Source of the DNA: Macrostomum hystrix
Lineage: Eukaryota > Animalia > Platyhelminthes
Length of the DNA: 64,000 nt
Assembly (NCBI GenBank): GCA_950097015.1
Contig: CATNEN010000005.1
Span: 4,402,001 to 4,466,000 of the forward strand
Direction of reading: 5' to 3'
Under the pieces are notes generated by a model. That model was not told where the DNA came from. It made no database searches and saw nothing but the letters and a program-made list of their open reading frames with translations. Position numbers and translations under genes: made by a program. Below, piece after piece: positions 11,638 to 24,469 of this stretch (position 1 is the stretch's first letter; every line of letters starts with the position of its first letter).

Positions 11638-12437
11638 TTGATTATGGAACAGTCATGGAACAGCCTGTTAGATTATGGAACAGCCTGTTAGATTATGGAA
11701 CAGCCTGTTAGATTATGGAACAGCCTGTTAGATTATGGAACAGCCTGTTAGATTATGGAACAGCCTGTTAAATTATGGAACAGCCTGTTAGATTATGGAA
11801 CAGCCTGTTAGATTATGGAACAGCCTGTTAGATTATGGAACAGCCTGTTAGATTATGGAACAGCCTGTTAGATTATGGAACAGCCTGTTAGATTATGGAA
11901 CAGCCTGTTAGATTGTGCTACAGAATGTCAGATTATGGAACAGCCTGTTAGATTATGGAACAGCCTGTTAGATTATGGAACAGCCTGTTAGATTATGGAA
12001 CAGCCTGTTAGATTATGGATCAGCCTGTTAGATTATGGAACAGCCTGTTAGATTATGGAACAGCCTGTTAGATTGTGCTACAGAATTTTAGATTATGGAA
12101 CAGCCTGTTAGTTATGGAACAGTCATGGAACAGCCTGTTAGTTATGGAACAGTCATGGAACAGCCTGTTAGATTATGGAACAGTCATGGAACAGCCTGGT
12201 AGATTATGGAACAGCCTGTTAGATTATGGAACAGCCTGTTAGTTATGGAACAGTCATGGAACAGCCTGTTAGTTATGGAACAGTCATGGAACAGCCTGTT
12301 AGATTATGGAACAGTCATGGAACAGCCTGGTAGATTATGGAACAGCCTGTTAGATTATGGAACAGCCTGTTAGATTATGGAACAGTCATGGAACAGCCTG
12401 GTAGATTATGGAACAGCCTGTTAGATTATGGAACAGA
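11638..12437. repeat. 20-bp minisatellite (gattatggaacagcctgtta)
   Basis: 20-bp period, with variant units carrying a duplicated atggaacag in the 3' half. Confidence 0.97.
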
Positions 12438-12782
12438 CCGTAATATTGACAATTTATCTACTAACTGGCAGACATTTTAAGAGCTTGAGGTTAGCTTGCA
12501 TCGCTTTAGATGACACGGAAAATTCCGTTTAATGATTCCTCTTACTTATGAGACGTTGACACACCTGTCAATCAAATATTTTCATCGATTTTATGCTCTT
12601 GAGGACTAAATTGTCGCAACCTTGGAGGAAAGAGGTAGGTATTATATAAGAAGCCGTTTACAAGGAATTATGGGACAGAAACTTGACTCAAACCTTATAG
12701 CTTGTCATTCTTGCTGTGTGAAAGGTGGGGATTTGAAACAAGCGCTCTGAGCTCTGATCTTTTGATCAATTATAGAACAAAT

Positions 12783-13950
12783 TGAGATCCCACTGCCTTA
12801 GTTAGAGATCCCACTGCCTTAGTTGGAGATCCTACTGCCTTAGTTAGAGATCCCACTGCCTTAGTTAGAGATCCCACTGCCTTAGTTAGAGATCCCACTG
12901 CCTTAGTTAGAGATCCCACTGCCTTAGTTAGAGATCCTACTGCCTTAGTTAGAGATCCCACTGCCTTAGTTAGAGATCCCACTGCCTTAGTTAGAGATCC
13001 CACTGCCTTAGTTAGAGATCCCACTGCCTTAGTTAGAGATCCCACTGCCTTAGTTAGAGATCACACTGCCTTAGTTGGAGATCCTACTGCCTTAGTTAGA
13101 GATCCCACTGCCTTAGTTAGAGATCCCACTGCCTTAGTTAGAGATCCCACTGCCTTAGTTAGAGATCCCACTGCCTTAGTTAGAGATCCCACTGCCTTAG
13201 TTAGAGATCCCACTGCCTTAGTTAGAGATCCCACTGCCTTAGTTAGAGTTCCCACTGCCTTAGCTAGAGATCCCACTGCCTTAGTTAGAGATCCCACTGC
13301 CTTAGTTAGAGATCCCACTGCCTTAGTTAGAGATCCCACTGCCTTAGTTAGAGATCCCACTGCCTTAGTTAGAGATCCCACTGCCTTAGTTAGAGTTCCC
13401 ACTGCCTTAGCTAGAGATCCCACTGCCTTAGTTAGAGATCCCACTGCCTTAGTTAGAGATCCCACTGCCTTAGTTAGAGATCCCACTTCCCTCTTTAGAG
13501 ATCCCACTGCCTTAGCTAAAGATCCCACTGCCTTAGTTAGAGATCCCACTTCCCTCTTTAGAGATCCCACTGCCTTAGCTAAAGATCCCACTGCCTTAGT
13601 TAGAGATCCCACTTCCTTCTTTAGAGATCCCACTGCCTTAGTTAGAGATCCCACTGCCTTAGCTAGAGATCCCACTGCCTTAGTTAGAGATCCCACTGCC
13701 TTAGTTAGAGATCCCACTGCCTTAGTTAGAGATCCCACTGCCTTAGTTAGAGATCCCACTTCCCTCTTTAGAGATCCCACTGCCTTAGCTAAAGATCCCA
13801 CTGCCTTAGTTAGAGATCCCACTTCCCTCTTTAGAGATCCCACTGCCTTAGCTAGAGATCCCACCGCCTTAGTTGGAGATCCCAAGTAGACGTACATGTA
13901 GATCCCACATTGCCTTACACAATTATCCCGCTGCCTCTTGGAAAGATCCC
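12783..13950. repeat. 21-bp minisatellite (agagatcccactgccttagtt), ~55 units
   Basis: 21-bp period, degenerate at the right end. Confidence 0.97.
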
Positions 13951-14624
13951 AAAAAATTCCGTAGTCCATTCTTAGAATCTAATTATTTCCTCGTTAAGTA
14001 TTTCCCTAGCAACAAAGTGAGACACATCTTTTAGCCTAATTAGGGGCACAGATTGCATAGACCCTGACCCTGTTAAAGTGGTCTACCAAATGGGCAATAG
14101 GCATGATAGGCTACCACAGGATGATAGGCACACAGTAAAATTACATTAAATTTGCATATACGTCAGGTTCAAAGGGTAATCTCTATCCCAAAGGCCTTTT
14201 AATGCTTCTAATTTCCTTGTAATCCGTGCAGCCAGATTTTTTCGTTTGAAGTCATTTTTTTCTGCAATCCGAAGATCATTTTTCCCAGTACCTTAGCTCG
14301 ACTACAGAGAAACGAAAATAGGCAGGCACCGACACATTCGGGTGACTGACTGAAGGACAGTTGATCAGATAAATCGATTTCACTTCTTTTAGGAGGATCA
14401 CCTTCAGCTTTAGGAAGCAGAAATTCGTGAGATAATGTCGATAGTACCTGTCGGTTCGCTCATCAGACGCTCACAATATAGATTATTCCCATATCATCCT
14501 ATTGGTTTGTTAGTTTTCACTCTAAACTGTCAAGTGTATTCGCTCTTGAATTCATGCTTAGCATCTCTCCACTTACACTTCCCTTCCGCATGTTACTACG
14601 TCTATTTTTATCATTCATTCCTCT

Positions 14625-15200
14625 AAAACATCCCTTCTCCCATCCTTATCTCCCACATCCCTTTCTCCACATCCTTATCTCCCACATCCCTTTCTCCCCA
14701 TCCTTATCTCCCACATCCCTTCCTCCCTTTCCTTATCTCCCACATCCCTTCATCCCCATCCTTATCTCCCACGTCCCTTCCTCCCCATCCTTATCTCCCA
14801 CATCCCTTCCTCCCCATCCTTATCTCCTACATCCCTTCCTCCTCATCCTTATCTCCCACATCCCTTCCTCCCCTTCCTTATCTCCCACATCCCTCCTCCC
14901 CATCCATATCTCCCACGTCCGTTCCTTCTCATCCTTATCTCTCACATCCGTTCCTCCCCTTCCTGGTCTCCCACATCCCTTCCACCCCATCCTTATCTCC
15001 CACATCCCTTCCTTCTCATCCTTATCTCTCACATCCGTTCCTCCCCTTCCTGGTCTCTCAGATCCCTTCCTCCCCATTCTTATATCCCACATCCCTTCCT
15101 CCCAACCCTTATCTCTTACATCCTTTCCTCCACATCCTTATCTCCCACGTCCTTTCCTCCACATCCTTATCTCCCACATCCCTTTCTCCCCATACTTCGA
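14625..15200 (+). repeat. 29-bp minisatellite (atccttatctcccacatcccttcctcccc), left arm of an inverted pair
   Basis: Pyrimidine-rich 29-bp units; reverse complement of the array at 16075-16700. Confidence 0.93.
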
Positions 15201-15559
15201 GTCGTATCCCTATTCATAAGTCCCACATCCTAGTAGAAATCGAACCTGCCAGTCAGTCAGGGTGTATCTATAAAAAGCACACCTCGAGTTTAGTCGCTCG
15301 CGTGACCCGGAAGAGCATTGTGAACGGCTAAAATTTCTGAAAACCTCGAATAGGAAGGAAACTGCTGACTGGGATAGAAATGAATTTGGATGCTGGAAAG
15401 TACTTTCTTGGTTTCTAAAGTAAGCACTGTATAATGGCTATGATGAAGAAAAACTAAATTTTATGAGTTTTTCCGTGTTATTTAACATGCCCGAAAAAAT
15501 TACTTCCTCTTTGATCTTACTCTCTGATTGTTTACAAACTTTATTCATTTTAAGGGATT

Positions 15560-15775
15560 GAAGCCTAGCTGATATAGCTTCGGACTCACGTCTTGAAGGT
15601 CGGGGGTTCGATTCCCAGGTCCACTTGAACAATATGTGTCCTTTTGCAAGACACTTAATCTTTTTTTTGCATTGCTTCAGTTCACCCACCTGTTAAATGG
15701 GTACATGCATTAGCTGGGATAATTGAGGGTGGGTGTGGCGTCCCCACTGTCCATGGACTGAATAACCGTACGAAG
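15560..15775 (+). mobile_element. CORE-type tRNA-derived SINE (family B)
   Basis: B box GGTTCGATTCCC, then gtgtccttttgcaagacacttaa...cttcagttcacccacctgttaaatgggtac (MIR/CORE-like). The 3' part gggtgggtgtggcgtcccc..gtccatggactgaa is shared with the copies at 21795 and 53645. Confidence 0.75.
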
Positions 15776-16074
15776 ATTTCTTTCGATTCTACCAGTCCGA
15801 TTGTTAATTTTTTATGAAAGACTTTGAGACAATCGAGTTTAAGCTGGGATCTGGGCTTTAGGGATAATGAGAATATCGTTTCACTAGGCTCGTGTTTGAT
15901 GCATTGATCAAACAATGGAAAATTTCGATATTGACTCAGTTGCGAGCTCAAACTACCACCAGTTTGTCTTGCATTTCCTATGCCTTCTGCTGTTTTTGCT
16001 CCTTTATTTCAATGCTCCAAGTTTCAAATGATTCAGTCAGTTTTGAGACGTGAAATTTGTCTTGATATGGATGG

Positions 16075-16700
16075 CGAGGAAAGCATGTGGGATATGGATG
16101 GGGAGGAAGGGATGTGGGAGATAAGGATGGGGATGAGAGGATGTGGGAGATAAGGATGGGGAGGAAGGGATGTGGGAGATAAGGATGGGGAGGAAGGGAT
16201 GTGGGAGATAAGGATGGGGAGGAAGGGATGTGGGAGATAAGGATGGGGATGAGAGGATGTGGGAGATAAGGATGGGGAGGAAGGGATGTGGGAGATAAGG
16301 ATGGGGAGGAAGGGATGTGGGAGATAAGGATGGGGAGGAAGGGATGTGGGAGATAAGGATGGGGATGAGAGGATGTGGGAAATAAGGATGGGGAGGAAGG
16401 GATGTCGGAGATAGGGATGGGGAGGAAGGGATGTGGGAGATAAGGATGGGGAGGAAGGGATGTGGGAGATAAAGATTGGGAGGAAGGGATGTGGGAGATA
16501 AGGATGGGGAGGAAGGGATGTGGGAGATAAGGAAGGGGAGGAAGGGGTGTGGGAGATAAGGAATGGGAGGAACGGATGTGGGAGATAAGGATGGGGAGGA
16601 ACGGATGTGGGAGATAAGGATAGGATGGAAGGGATGAGGAAGATAAGGATGTGGATGAGAGGATGTGGGAGATAAGGATGAGGAGGAACGGATGTGGGAG
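16075..16700 (-). repeat. 29-bp minisatellite (gggagataaggatggggaggaagggatgt), right arm of the inverted pair
   Basis: 29-bp period; reverse complement of the 14625-15200 unit. Confidence 0.95.
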
Positions 16701-17377
16701 AATAGGCTAGACGCTTATTTCCTTAGTGCTTCTGCCGAAAACTTCGGTGGGGATTTAAAATTGCAAGCTATCCTATCCAAGCAGAGACTGGGAAGCTCAG
16801 AAAAAAAGGGATGCCAATTGAACGGCTTCTCCCCTCGATAATTATTTTAAGCTGCTAAGCCAGGATTTGAGCCAACCCAGCCACATCCCAGGGCCACACC
16901 TCAGACCTGAAGGCAGAGGACGGAAGGCAGAGGAATTTAGAATGCCATTCGCCCCACTCTCTCTTCCCTCTCTTCTCTCCTCTTTACTCTGGCATTTTAC
17001 CTCCTAAAATAGGTCCAAGCGAGTTTAGGTTCCTGCCTGCATTTTCGATCAATATTAAGAAGCCATTCCGAATAAGAGGGGAAATGAAATAACGGTTCGG
17101 GCCAAATTCCGTGTGCTTCCTTTGGCTGAGATCCCTTTTCTTGGTAGATCAGACAAGAAGCAGAAGAGCAAAGAGAGTCAATCATTGGGGCAGATCAGAC
17201 ATGCTTTGATCGGGGCTTTGAACTTTGAAAGCTCCGAGAAGCTCCGTGATTGCTGTTTATAAGCTTTGGCATGCAGGTTAGATAGACGATGTTTGTGTGA
17301 AAAGAGAATTATAAAAGCTAGTCGCAAATGAACTACGGCAACTAACTCTGCACTTTTATGCTTCTGCCCACTCACTC

Positions 17378-18165
17378 TACCTCTCTCACTCTACCACTCA
17401 CTCTACCTCTCTCACTCTACCACTCACTCTACCTCTCTCACTCTACCACTCTCTCACTCTACCACTCTCTCACTCTACCTCTCACTCTACCTCTCTCTCT
17501 ACCTCTCACTCTACCTCTCTCTCTACCTCTCTCACTCTACCTCTCACTCTACCTCTCTCTCTACCTCTCTCTCACTCTACCTCTCTCTCACTCTACCACT
17601 CTCTCACTCTACCTCTCTCTAACTCTACCACTCTCTCACTCCACCACTCTCTCACTCTACCACTCTCTCACTCTACCTCTCTCTAACTCTACCACTCTCT
17701 CACTCTACCTCTCTCTAACTCTACCACTCTCTCACTCTACCTCTCTCTCTCACTCTACCACTCTCTCACTCAACCTCTCTCTCTACCTCTCTCACTCTAC
17801 CTCTCTCTCTCACTCTACCACTCTCTCACTCAACCTCTCACTCTACCTCACTCTCTACCTCTCTCTCACGCTACTACTCTCTCTACGTCTCTCTCACTCT
17901 ACCACTCTTTCACTCTACCTCTCTCACTCTACCTCTCTCTTTACCTCTCTCTCACTCTATCACTCTCTTACTCGACCTCTCTCTCTCTACCTCTCTCTCA
18001 CTTTACCACTCTCTCACTCAACCTCTCTCTCTACCTCTCTCACTCTACCTCTCTCTCTACCTCTCTCTCTACCTCTCTCTCTACCTCTCTCTCACTCTAC
18101 CTCTCTCTCACTCTACCACTCTCTTACTCTACCTCTTTCTCTACAGTCGGCCCTCTACCTCTCTC
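17378..18165. repeat. Low-complexity (ctctacca/ctctcact) repeat
   Basis: Recurrent ctctacc and ctctcact modules with almost no G. Confidence 0.93.
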
Positions 18166-18654
18166 CACCACTCTCCCGTTCGTCTCACAATCTGTACCCA
18201 TTTTTCAAGTACCTGTGAAAGGCTACAGTGGGCAAACCGAGTTAAACAAATTAATCTATCCAGTTTTCCTCGCCTGAAGAGAAGCTAGTACGAGTATTAA
18301 AAAAAGAACGAAAAGTTTCAAGAAAGATAGATGAAATAAATTATACTGCTCGAGTGTGACAACGAAAAAGTTAAGACTATATATTCAGCTGACAAAAATC
18401 GAAGCCTTGGATTCTATACCCGAAATGAGATCAATCATTTTTTACTCAAGTGTCAAAGACCAGCGCTGCTTTGGAGAAATGTAACCAATGAATAAAATGA
18501 TAGAGTACTTGGATTGCAAATCATTTCAAATCGATCATCACACTGCTATGTCATGCGTAGGAATGATAAAATTGACTGTGGATCTACTAGCTATACACAA
18601 TTGCCTGCTCTCGCTTATTTAATCAAATATCATACTTGCTTTTCATTCTACTGT

Positions 18655-19400
18655 ATTTCTCTATCTGTTACTCTGTCACTCTCTATCTATCACTCTATCA
18701 TTATCTATCTGTTACTCTATCACTCTCTATCTATCGCTCTATCATTATCTATCTGTTACTCTATCACTCTCTATCTATCACTCTATCATTATCTATCTGT
18801 TACTCTGTCACTCTCTATCTATCACTCTATCATTATCTATCTGTTACTCTGTCACTCTCTATCTATCACTCTATCATTATCTATCTGTTACTCTGTCACT
18901 CTCTATCTATCACTCTATCATTATCTATCTGTTACTCTGTCACTCTCTATCTATCACTCTATCATTATCTATCTGTTACTCTGCCACTCTCTATCTATCA
19001 CTCTATCTTTATCTATCTGTTACTCTGCCACTCTCTATCTATCACTCTATCATTATCTATCTGTTACTCTGTCACTCTCTATCTATCACTCTATCATTAT
19101 CTATCTGTTACTCTGTCACTCTCTATCTATCACTCTATCATTATCTATCTGTTACTCTGTCACTCTCTATCTATCACTCTATCATTATCTATCTGTTACT
19201 CTGTCACTCTCTATCTATCACTCTATCATTATCTATCTGTTACTCTGTCACTCTCTATCTATCACTCTATCATTATCTATCTGTTACTCTGTCCCTCTCT
19301 ATCTATCACTCTATCATCACTCATCTACTATTCTCTACTATTCTCTATCTTTCACTCTATCTCTCTCTATCTGCCACTCTACCACTCTCTACCTGTCACT
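18655..19400. repeat. 44-bp minisatellite (ctatctgttactctgtcactctctatctatcactctatcattat)
   Basis: 44-bp period, ~15 well-conserved units plus a degenerate tail. Confidence 0.95.
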
Positions 19401-19994
19401 ATATTTATACGAAATACAAAGTTTCTATAAAAATCCTTCCAATATTGTTTTTAACATTCTAATATATACTTGCCCTGAGTTGAAGAAAAGTACATTTATA
19501 AATAATTTAACGATTGTCAATGCCAAGCTAGCCTACCCAGTGCTCAACCAAACTCCTCATCTTCAATTTCTCCGCTTCTCTCCTTACTCCTTAAGTTCTC
19601 AAAATCATAATAAAAACAAAATCTTGAAATGGTCATCCACGTGCGCGTGTTCTATATTGCTTTTAGAAGACCCTAACTGAAAGTTTATAACAAAATAAGA
19701 CCAGGAATTCAGTTTCATTGAATTCGAGCCGTTTTGCTAATATTACTGAGGCTTTGGCGTGAAAAAATTCTTGAAAGATTATTGAAAGCAGCTGTTGGTT
19801 CATTTTCTTCCCCAGACTTTATCTTCCAAATGGTGATACTAGATGGCCCTCTTTTTAATTTCCGTTAGCCCTGTATGAGATGGAATGAAAGCTGGATTTT
19901 TCTATATGCCTGCCGACAATACTCTTTGATGTTAGAAAATTAATATCATATTTGCATGCCAATATATAAGCAGACACACAAAAATATAGAGCAG

Positions 19995-20124
19995 ATTGAC
20001 AGACTTACAGACAGACTTACAGACAGACGGACAGACAGACAGACAGACAGACTTACAGACAGACGGACAGACAGACAGACAGACAGACTTACAGACAGAC
20101 GGACAGACAGACAGACAGACAGAC

Positions 20125-20155
<31 letters not shown>

Positions 20156-20188
20156 CAGGCAGACAGACAGACAGACAGACAGACAGCC

Positions 20189-20241
<53 letters not shown>

Positions 20242-20285
20242 CAGACAGACAGACAGACAGCCAGACAGACAGACAGACAGACAGA
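19995..20285. repeat. (gaca)n microsatellite with variants
   Basis: Visible directly in the sequence. Confidence 0.97.
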
Positions 20286-21794
20286 GCAAAAATATGTTTT
20301 TCTTTCTTCATGTATTCAATCTTCGACTAAAAAGCAGTCACTTTTTTATCTTTCCCCAATTAACTAAACATTTTTGCTTGCTTTGCCTCCACTTTGCAAA
20401 GGCTTTAATTACTTCAAGCTTGAAAGTTTCAACTAGCTAAAAGTACAGCGTCATCTATTTCTATTTACTCTCTACACGCTTTCTGATTTCTCTAAGCCAA
20501 TTATAAAATTCCAACTGTAGATCGACTGCAAATACTTTCCTAGTCGAACGCAGGCTTTTAAAAATATACTTTGTACTTTTCAATTGGCAAAACTAAAGCA
20601 ATGTTATTGCATTTCTTAGAAAAAGTCATTTCAGGGCCGGAAAGTACAAACAAAAAAAGGAAATAGAAGCTTTAATACCATAAATTTTCCGTATCTACTG
20701 ACTATTTTGACATAGAAAACAATTACGATAGTTTTTATAATACGACGATCAATGTTGTTTTGTGATCTGCCCAATTAGATGCTATTGGATTTTCAAGGAC
20801 AGTACTTGGGCCCATTGTCAAAAAACTGCAAACTTGTACCCGTGGCAGGTAGGGTTATAAAATTTTCCAGAGACGAAAAATGCTGCTGCCTCCAGGAGCT
20901 GCAACAGATCGTAATCATAAATAAAAAAGCAATGCTGCATAATCGTATGAAATGTAAATTATTAATTATCGCAATACCGGAGGTATGCTGTCTGTGTCTC
21001 CGCTTGGTTTTTTAGATATCTCTTTTCACAATCTATTTTATAGAGTCTCTCTCCAAGAGTTCTGACCAAGAGGTCGGGAGTTCGTATCTCAGTTTCAGGG
21101 AAATTTTTCTAAGCGTCCGTCTAATTCTAAAAGTCTATTGTTCCATTCATTCGTGTATGCCACAATTCTAAATAGGCAGATTTTTTTCAAACAAATTCAA
21201 AAGGTTTACAATTTTATTTCCGACACAGTCGTCCTGCAGTTTTTGGAAGCCCGCCGCGCCGGATGTCATAGAAATTTCACTTCCCAATCCGCAACGTTCT
21301 CACTGTAGGCCTCAGCTCTATTCGCCTCTATTTATGAATTCACATTGGCAATAATACCAGCTGGATTTCTACAATGTATGCGACCACAAAATCCTTGATA
21401 GCTTCCGCTTGTTTGAAAGGTGAGCTCGCAGTTGACAGGGCCGGTGACGGATTATGCACTTCATAAATGTGCATTGTTAATCTTGAAGCATGAGAGTGTG
21501 CACATCCTGCGTGTGACATTGCGCTGCAGGAAGAAAAAAAACTTGATAGTGTGGCTTGCAAGCTGGAGCTAATTTTGCTCGTCTACCTCATCTCCGCCAT
21601 AAATTTTCCTGAATTGCAAAGCACATTTCCTGTACTGTTGTTAAGGCCATTCACATAAGGATCCACACAATGTCACTTAACAACCCTACCAAAATTCAGT
21701 AGGTCTCTCGTAATTTTTCCTGTGACAGTGTTGTATTATATTTGTATTAACACTCGTATCTTGTTATTCGTTATTTTCATTGGTTCCCACCTAA

Positions 21795-21925
21795 CTCTGC
21801 ATTGCTTCAGTTTACTCAGCTGTTAAATGGGTACCAGCATCAGCTGGGGGGGGGGTAACTAAGGGTGGGTGTGGCGTCCCCCCAGTCCATGGACTGAACA
21901 GCTGTACGCAGCCTTCAGATGCGCC
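21795..21925 (+). mobile_element. SINE family B, 3' fragment
   Basis: gcattgcttcagtttactcagctgttaaatgggtacc...gggtgggtgtggcgtcccccagtccatggactgaa matches 15668-15762. Confidence 0.8.
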
Positions 21926-22515
21926 GCGCAATAGCTGCGGCTGTGCTGTCGGGAAATTGTTATTAAATTTTTTTTGAAGAAGAAATAACACTTGATGGCA
22001 CACCTGAACACTGTAAAAAGTGTTTTAAATACGAGTATTAATAAACTTATATTTAATGCGGCCTGCTTTCAAAAGACGCTTTGATTTTTATTGCTTGTAT
22101 TTGCAGTTGAATTAAAAAATATAATGAGATTTTAATTAGGAAAATGTTTGCCTCGAACGAATGTACAGGACTAAACAAAATACAAAGAATGAATTGAGAG
22201 ACAAATATTTTATTGAGATGTAGCTTTAGACGGAGTTAAAACGTTCGAGAAATATAGTTTGATTCTCGCAAGATCAGGTCTCAATAGAGGCTACATGTGT
22301 GTTTTTTAGTAATTAGTTTCTAGAGATTGCAGTGACAGGAAAAGCTCACACAATCACACTTAAGAAAATGAAACACAGACGCGATGAAAAGGAATATCAC
22401 TTTTTTCAAGACGAAATACAATGATGCCTAGATAAATAACAATCAGAAATGGTTGAATACAATCGTTTCTATTGAGAAGAAAATAATAAAGTTAGCCAGT
22501 TTCCCGCTTGGCTTC

Positions 22516-23859
22516 CTAGCAGCCTGAGCCGAAGCTGGTCTTGGAGCCTGCATCGGATCCCCTGCTCAGTGCCGGGTAGGACGGCGGTGGTGGAAGCTTC
22601 GGATCCGTTGAAGCAGCCTCCGAGTCGCCCGCAGCGTTCGTCTTTCTGTCTCCGTCGGCGTCGCCTCCCGTCTCGCCGACGAATTCGGCAGGCTCGCCGA
22701 CATTCACCGGCTGCTGCTGGAAATACTTCAACAGTTCAATCGGCAGTGGAAAGATGATTGTTGAATTCTTCTCAGCTGAGATGCTACTCAGAGTTTGAAG
22801 GTAGCGCAACTGAAGGGCAACGTTGCACTCGGATAATTCGATGGCAGCCGCTTTCAGAGCCTTGCTGGCCTTCTCCTCGCCCTCGGCGGCGATCACCTTG
22901 GCTCGAGCCTCCCTGGCTGCTTCAGCCTCGGCAGCCATGGCTCTCTGCAGCTGAGTTGGCAAGCGAACGTCTTTGATCTCGACGCGCTCCACCTTGACGC
23001 CCCAGGTGTCCGTGGCGGCATCGAGGGTCTCCTGCATCACCAGGGCGGATTCGTCACGGCCAGCGAGAAGCTCGTACAGGCTCACTGTACCCAACACGTT
23101 TCGCAGCGTTGTCTGCGCCAGTAGCTTCGTGGACCGACTACAATCCTCGACGTTTACCACCGACATGACAGGATCGAAGATGCGATAGTACACCACAGCA
23201 TCTACGGCCACCGTCACGGAGTCCTTCGTCAGAACCTCCTGAGTGGGCACGTCGAATGTCATAGTTCTCAGGTCGACTCGTTTGACGCTGTCCATGCAAG
23301 GCATGGTAAACACCAAGCCTGGTCCACTTGCCTCCGTGCTAAGAATTCTTCCGAATCGCAGAATCACAGCTCGTTCGTACTGGGCAATCACTTTTAGGCA
23401 GAATACAAATGACAATGGAAAGGTGACTGCAATCAGGGCTACAATGAGGACCTTCATGATGGCCTCACATATTTGCATGTGCCGCTGAGACTGCATCGAG
23501 CCGCCGAAACCGCTGCGTCCAAGTCGCTCAGGCACCAGAGAAAAACTGCGCTGCACCTTGTGGTGATGATGATGCTGCTGATGCCGCTGTGGCGACGGCC
23601 TCAGATGCCGCTTTGCTGGATCTTCTGCTTTCTGCTTTCCTGGCTTGTGCTGCGGCTGCTTTTTTGACTGATGCTGCCCGGCAGAAGCGGCGGCGGCGGC
23701 GGCTGCTGCTGCAGCGGCTGCTGCTGCCTCCTCCTCTTCGGTATCGTCTGGCTCGTTTTCGTCGTCGGACTCGCTGCCCTCGCTTTCTTCGTTAGGATTG
23801 TGGCCGGCTAGCTTCGAGCGGAAGCGGGTGTCCGAGCTGAAACTGACTCCCTTGGCCAT
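22516..23859 (-). CDS. STOM: Stomatin/MEC-2-like SPFH (Band 7) membrane protein, intronless ORF, 447 aa
   Basis: Hairpin membrane segment IAVTFPLSFVFCLK, then YERAVILRFGR, GPGL, VDLRT, QEVLTKDSVTVAVDAVVYYRI, LAQTTLRN, WGVKVERVEIKDVRLP, MAAEAEAAREARAKVIAAEGE, ALQLRYLQTL and NSTIIFPLP: the canonical stomatin motifs in order. Confidence 0.97.
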   Translation of the reverse strand: MAKGVSFSSDTRFRSKLAGHNPNEESEGSESDDENEPDDTEEEEAAAAAAAAAAAAAASAGQHQSKKQPQHKPGKQKAEDPAKRHLRPSPQRHQQHHHHHKVQRSFSLVPERLGRSGFGGSMQSQRHMQICEAIMKVLIVALIAVTFPLSFVFCLKVIAQYERAVILRFGRILSTEASGPGLVFTMPCMDSVKRVDLRTMTFDVPTQEVLTKDSVTVAVDAVVYYRIFDPVMSVVNVEDCSRSTKLLAQTTLRNVLGTVSLYELLAGRDESALVMQETLDAATDTWGVKVERVEIKDVRLPTQLQRAMAAEAEAAREARAKVIAAEGEEKASKALKAAAIELSECNVALQLRYLQTLSSISAEKNSTIIFPLPIELLKYFQQQPVNVGEPAEFVGETGGDADGDRKTNAAGDSEAASTDPKLPPPPSYPALSRGSDAGSKTSFGSGC

Positions 23860-24469
23860 CTGGTTCTCGCCAAGCCCTGGTTCAGAGCCGCGATTCGCGG
23901 AAAAAATCTTTCGATTTCTACTCTTCTGGACGGCAGGAGTGGGGAGAGGTGGCTGTTCTGCTTGAAACGGTCTGGGAGGCCTCCAGTGGGCGGCTTTGCA
24001 CGTCGCCTCCTCTACAGCCGTTCCCGTCGGTGTACGCTATAATTCAGGCTAGCTCCCAGTGGATTATTTGTGTCAGGCCGGCAGCCAATGGCAGTTTTCA
24101 ACGCCTGAATTGTTCATTGGGAGAGTGAGGGGGTGTACTGCGGGTTCTGGTAGGCTGAGAAATGGCTTTGGAAGAGAGACTAGCGGGCAGATGTCAAGCC
24201 AGTGGGGACTGTTTACTATTTTAGTAGCTAGGCTAAGGCGGATTCTATTTTTTCCATTCCATTCTAAAGGAATTTCAGGTTGACAGGGTAACTGAACCGG
24301 CTCATAGGACATAATTTGCCATGACTTTAGTGGCAAGCCGATCGGACAAGAAATTTTGTCTAAAAATAAACAATAAAAAATGAACATTTCAAATTCATTC
24401 GCGACCTGATTTAATTGACGTAAAGAATGCGATAATTGGAACCACTAGTTCACACGTTTATAGATAAGG

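Noticed and set aside
12770-13969. Heptad (AVGSLTK)n ORF on the minus strand, broken by one TGA near 13061
   Set aside because: Explained by a 21-bp minisatellite; variation is not biased to synonymous positions and there is no convincing unique coding flank.
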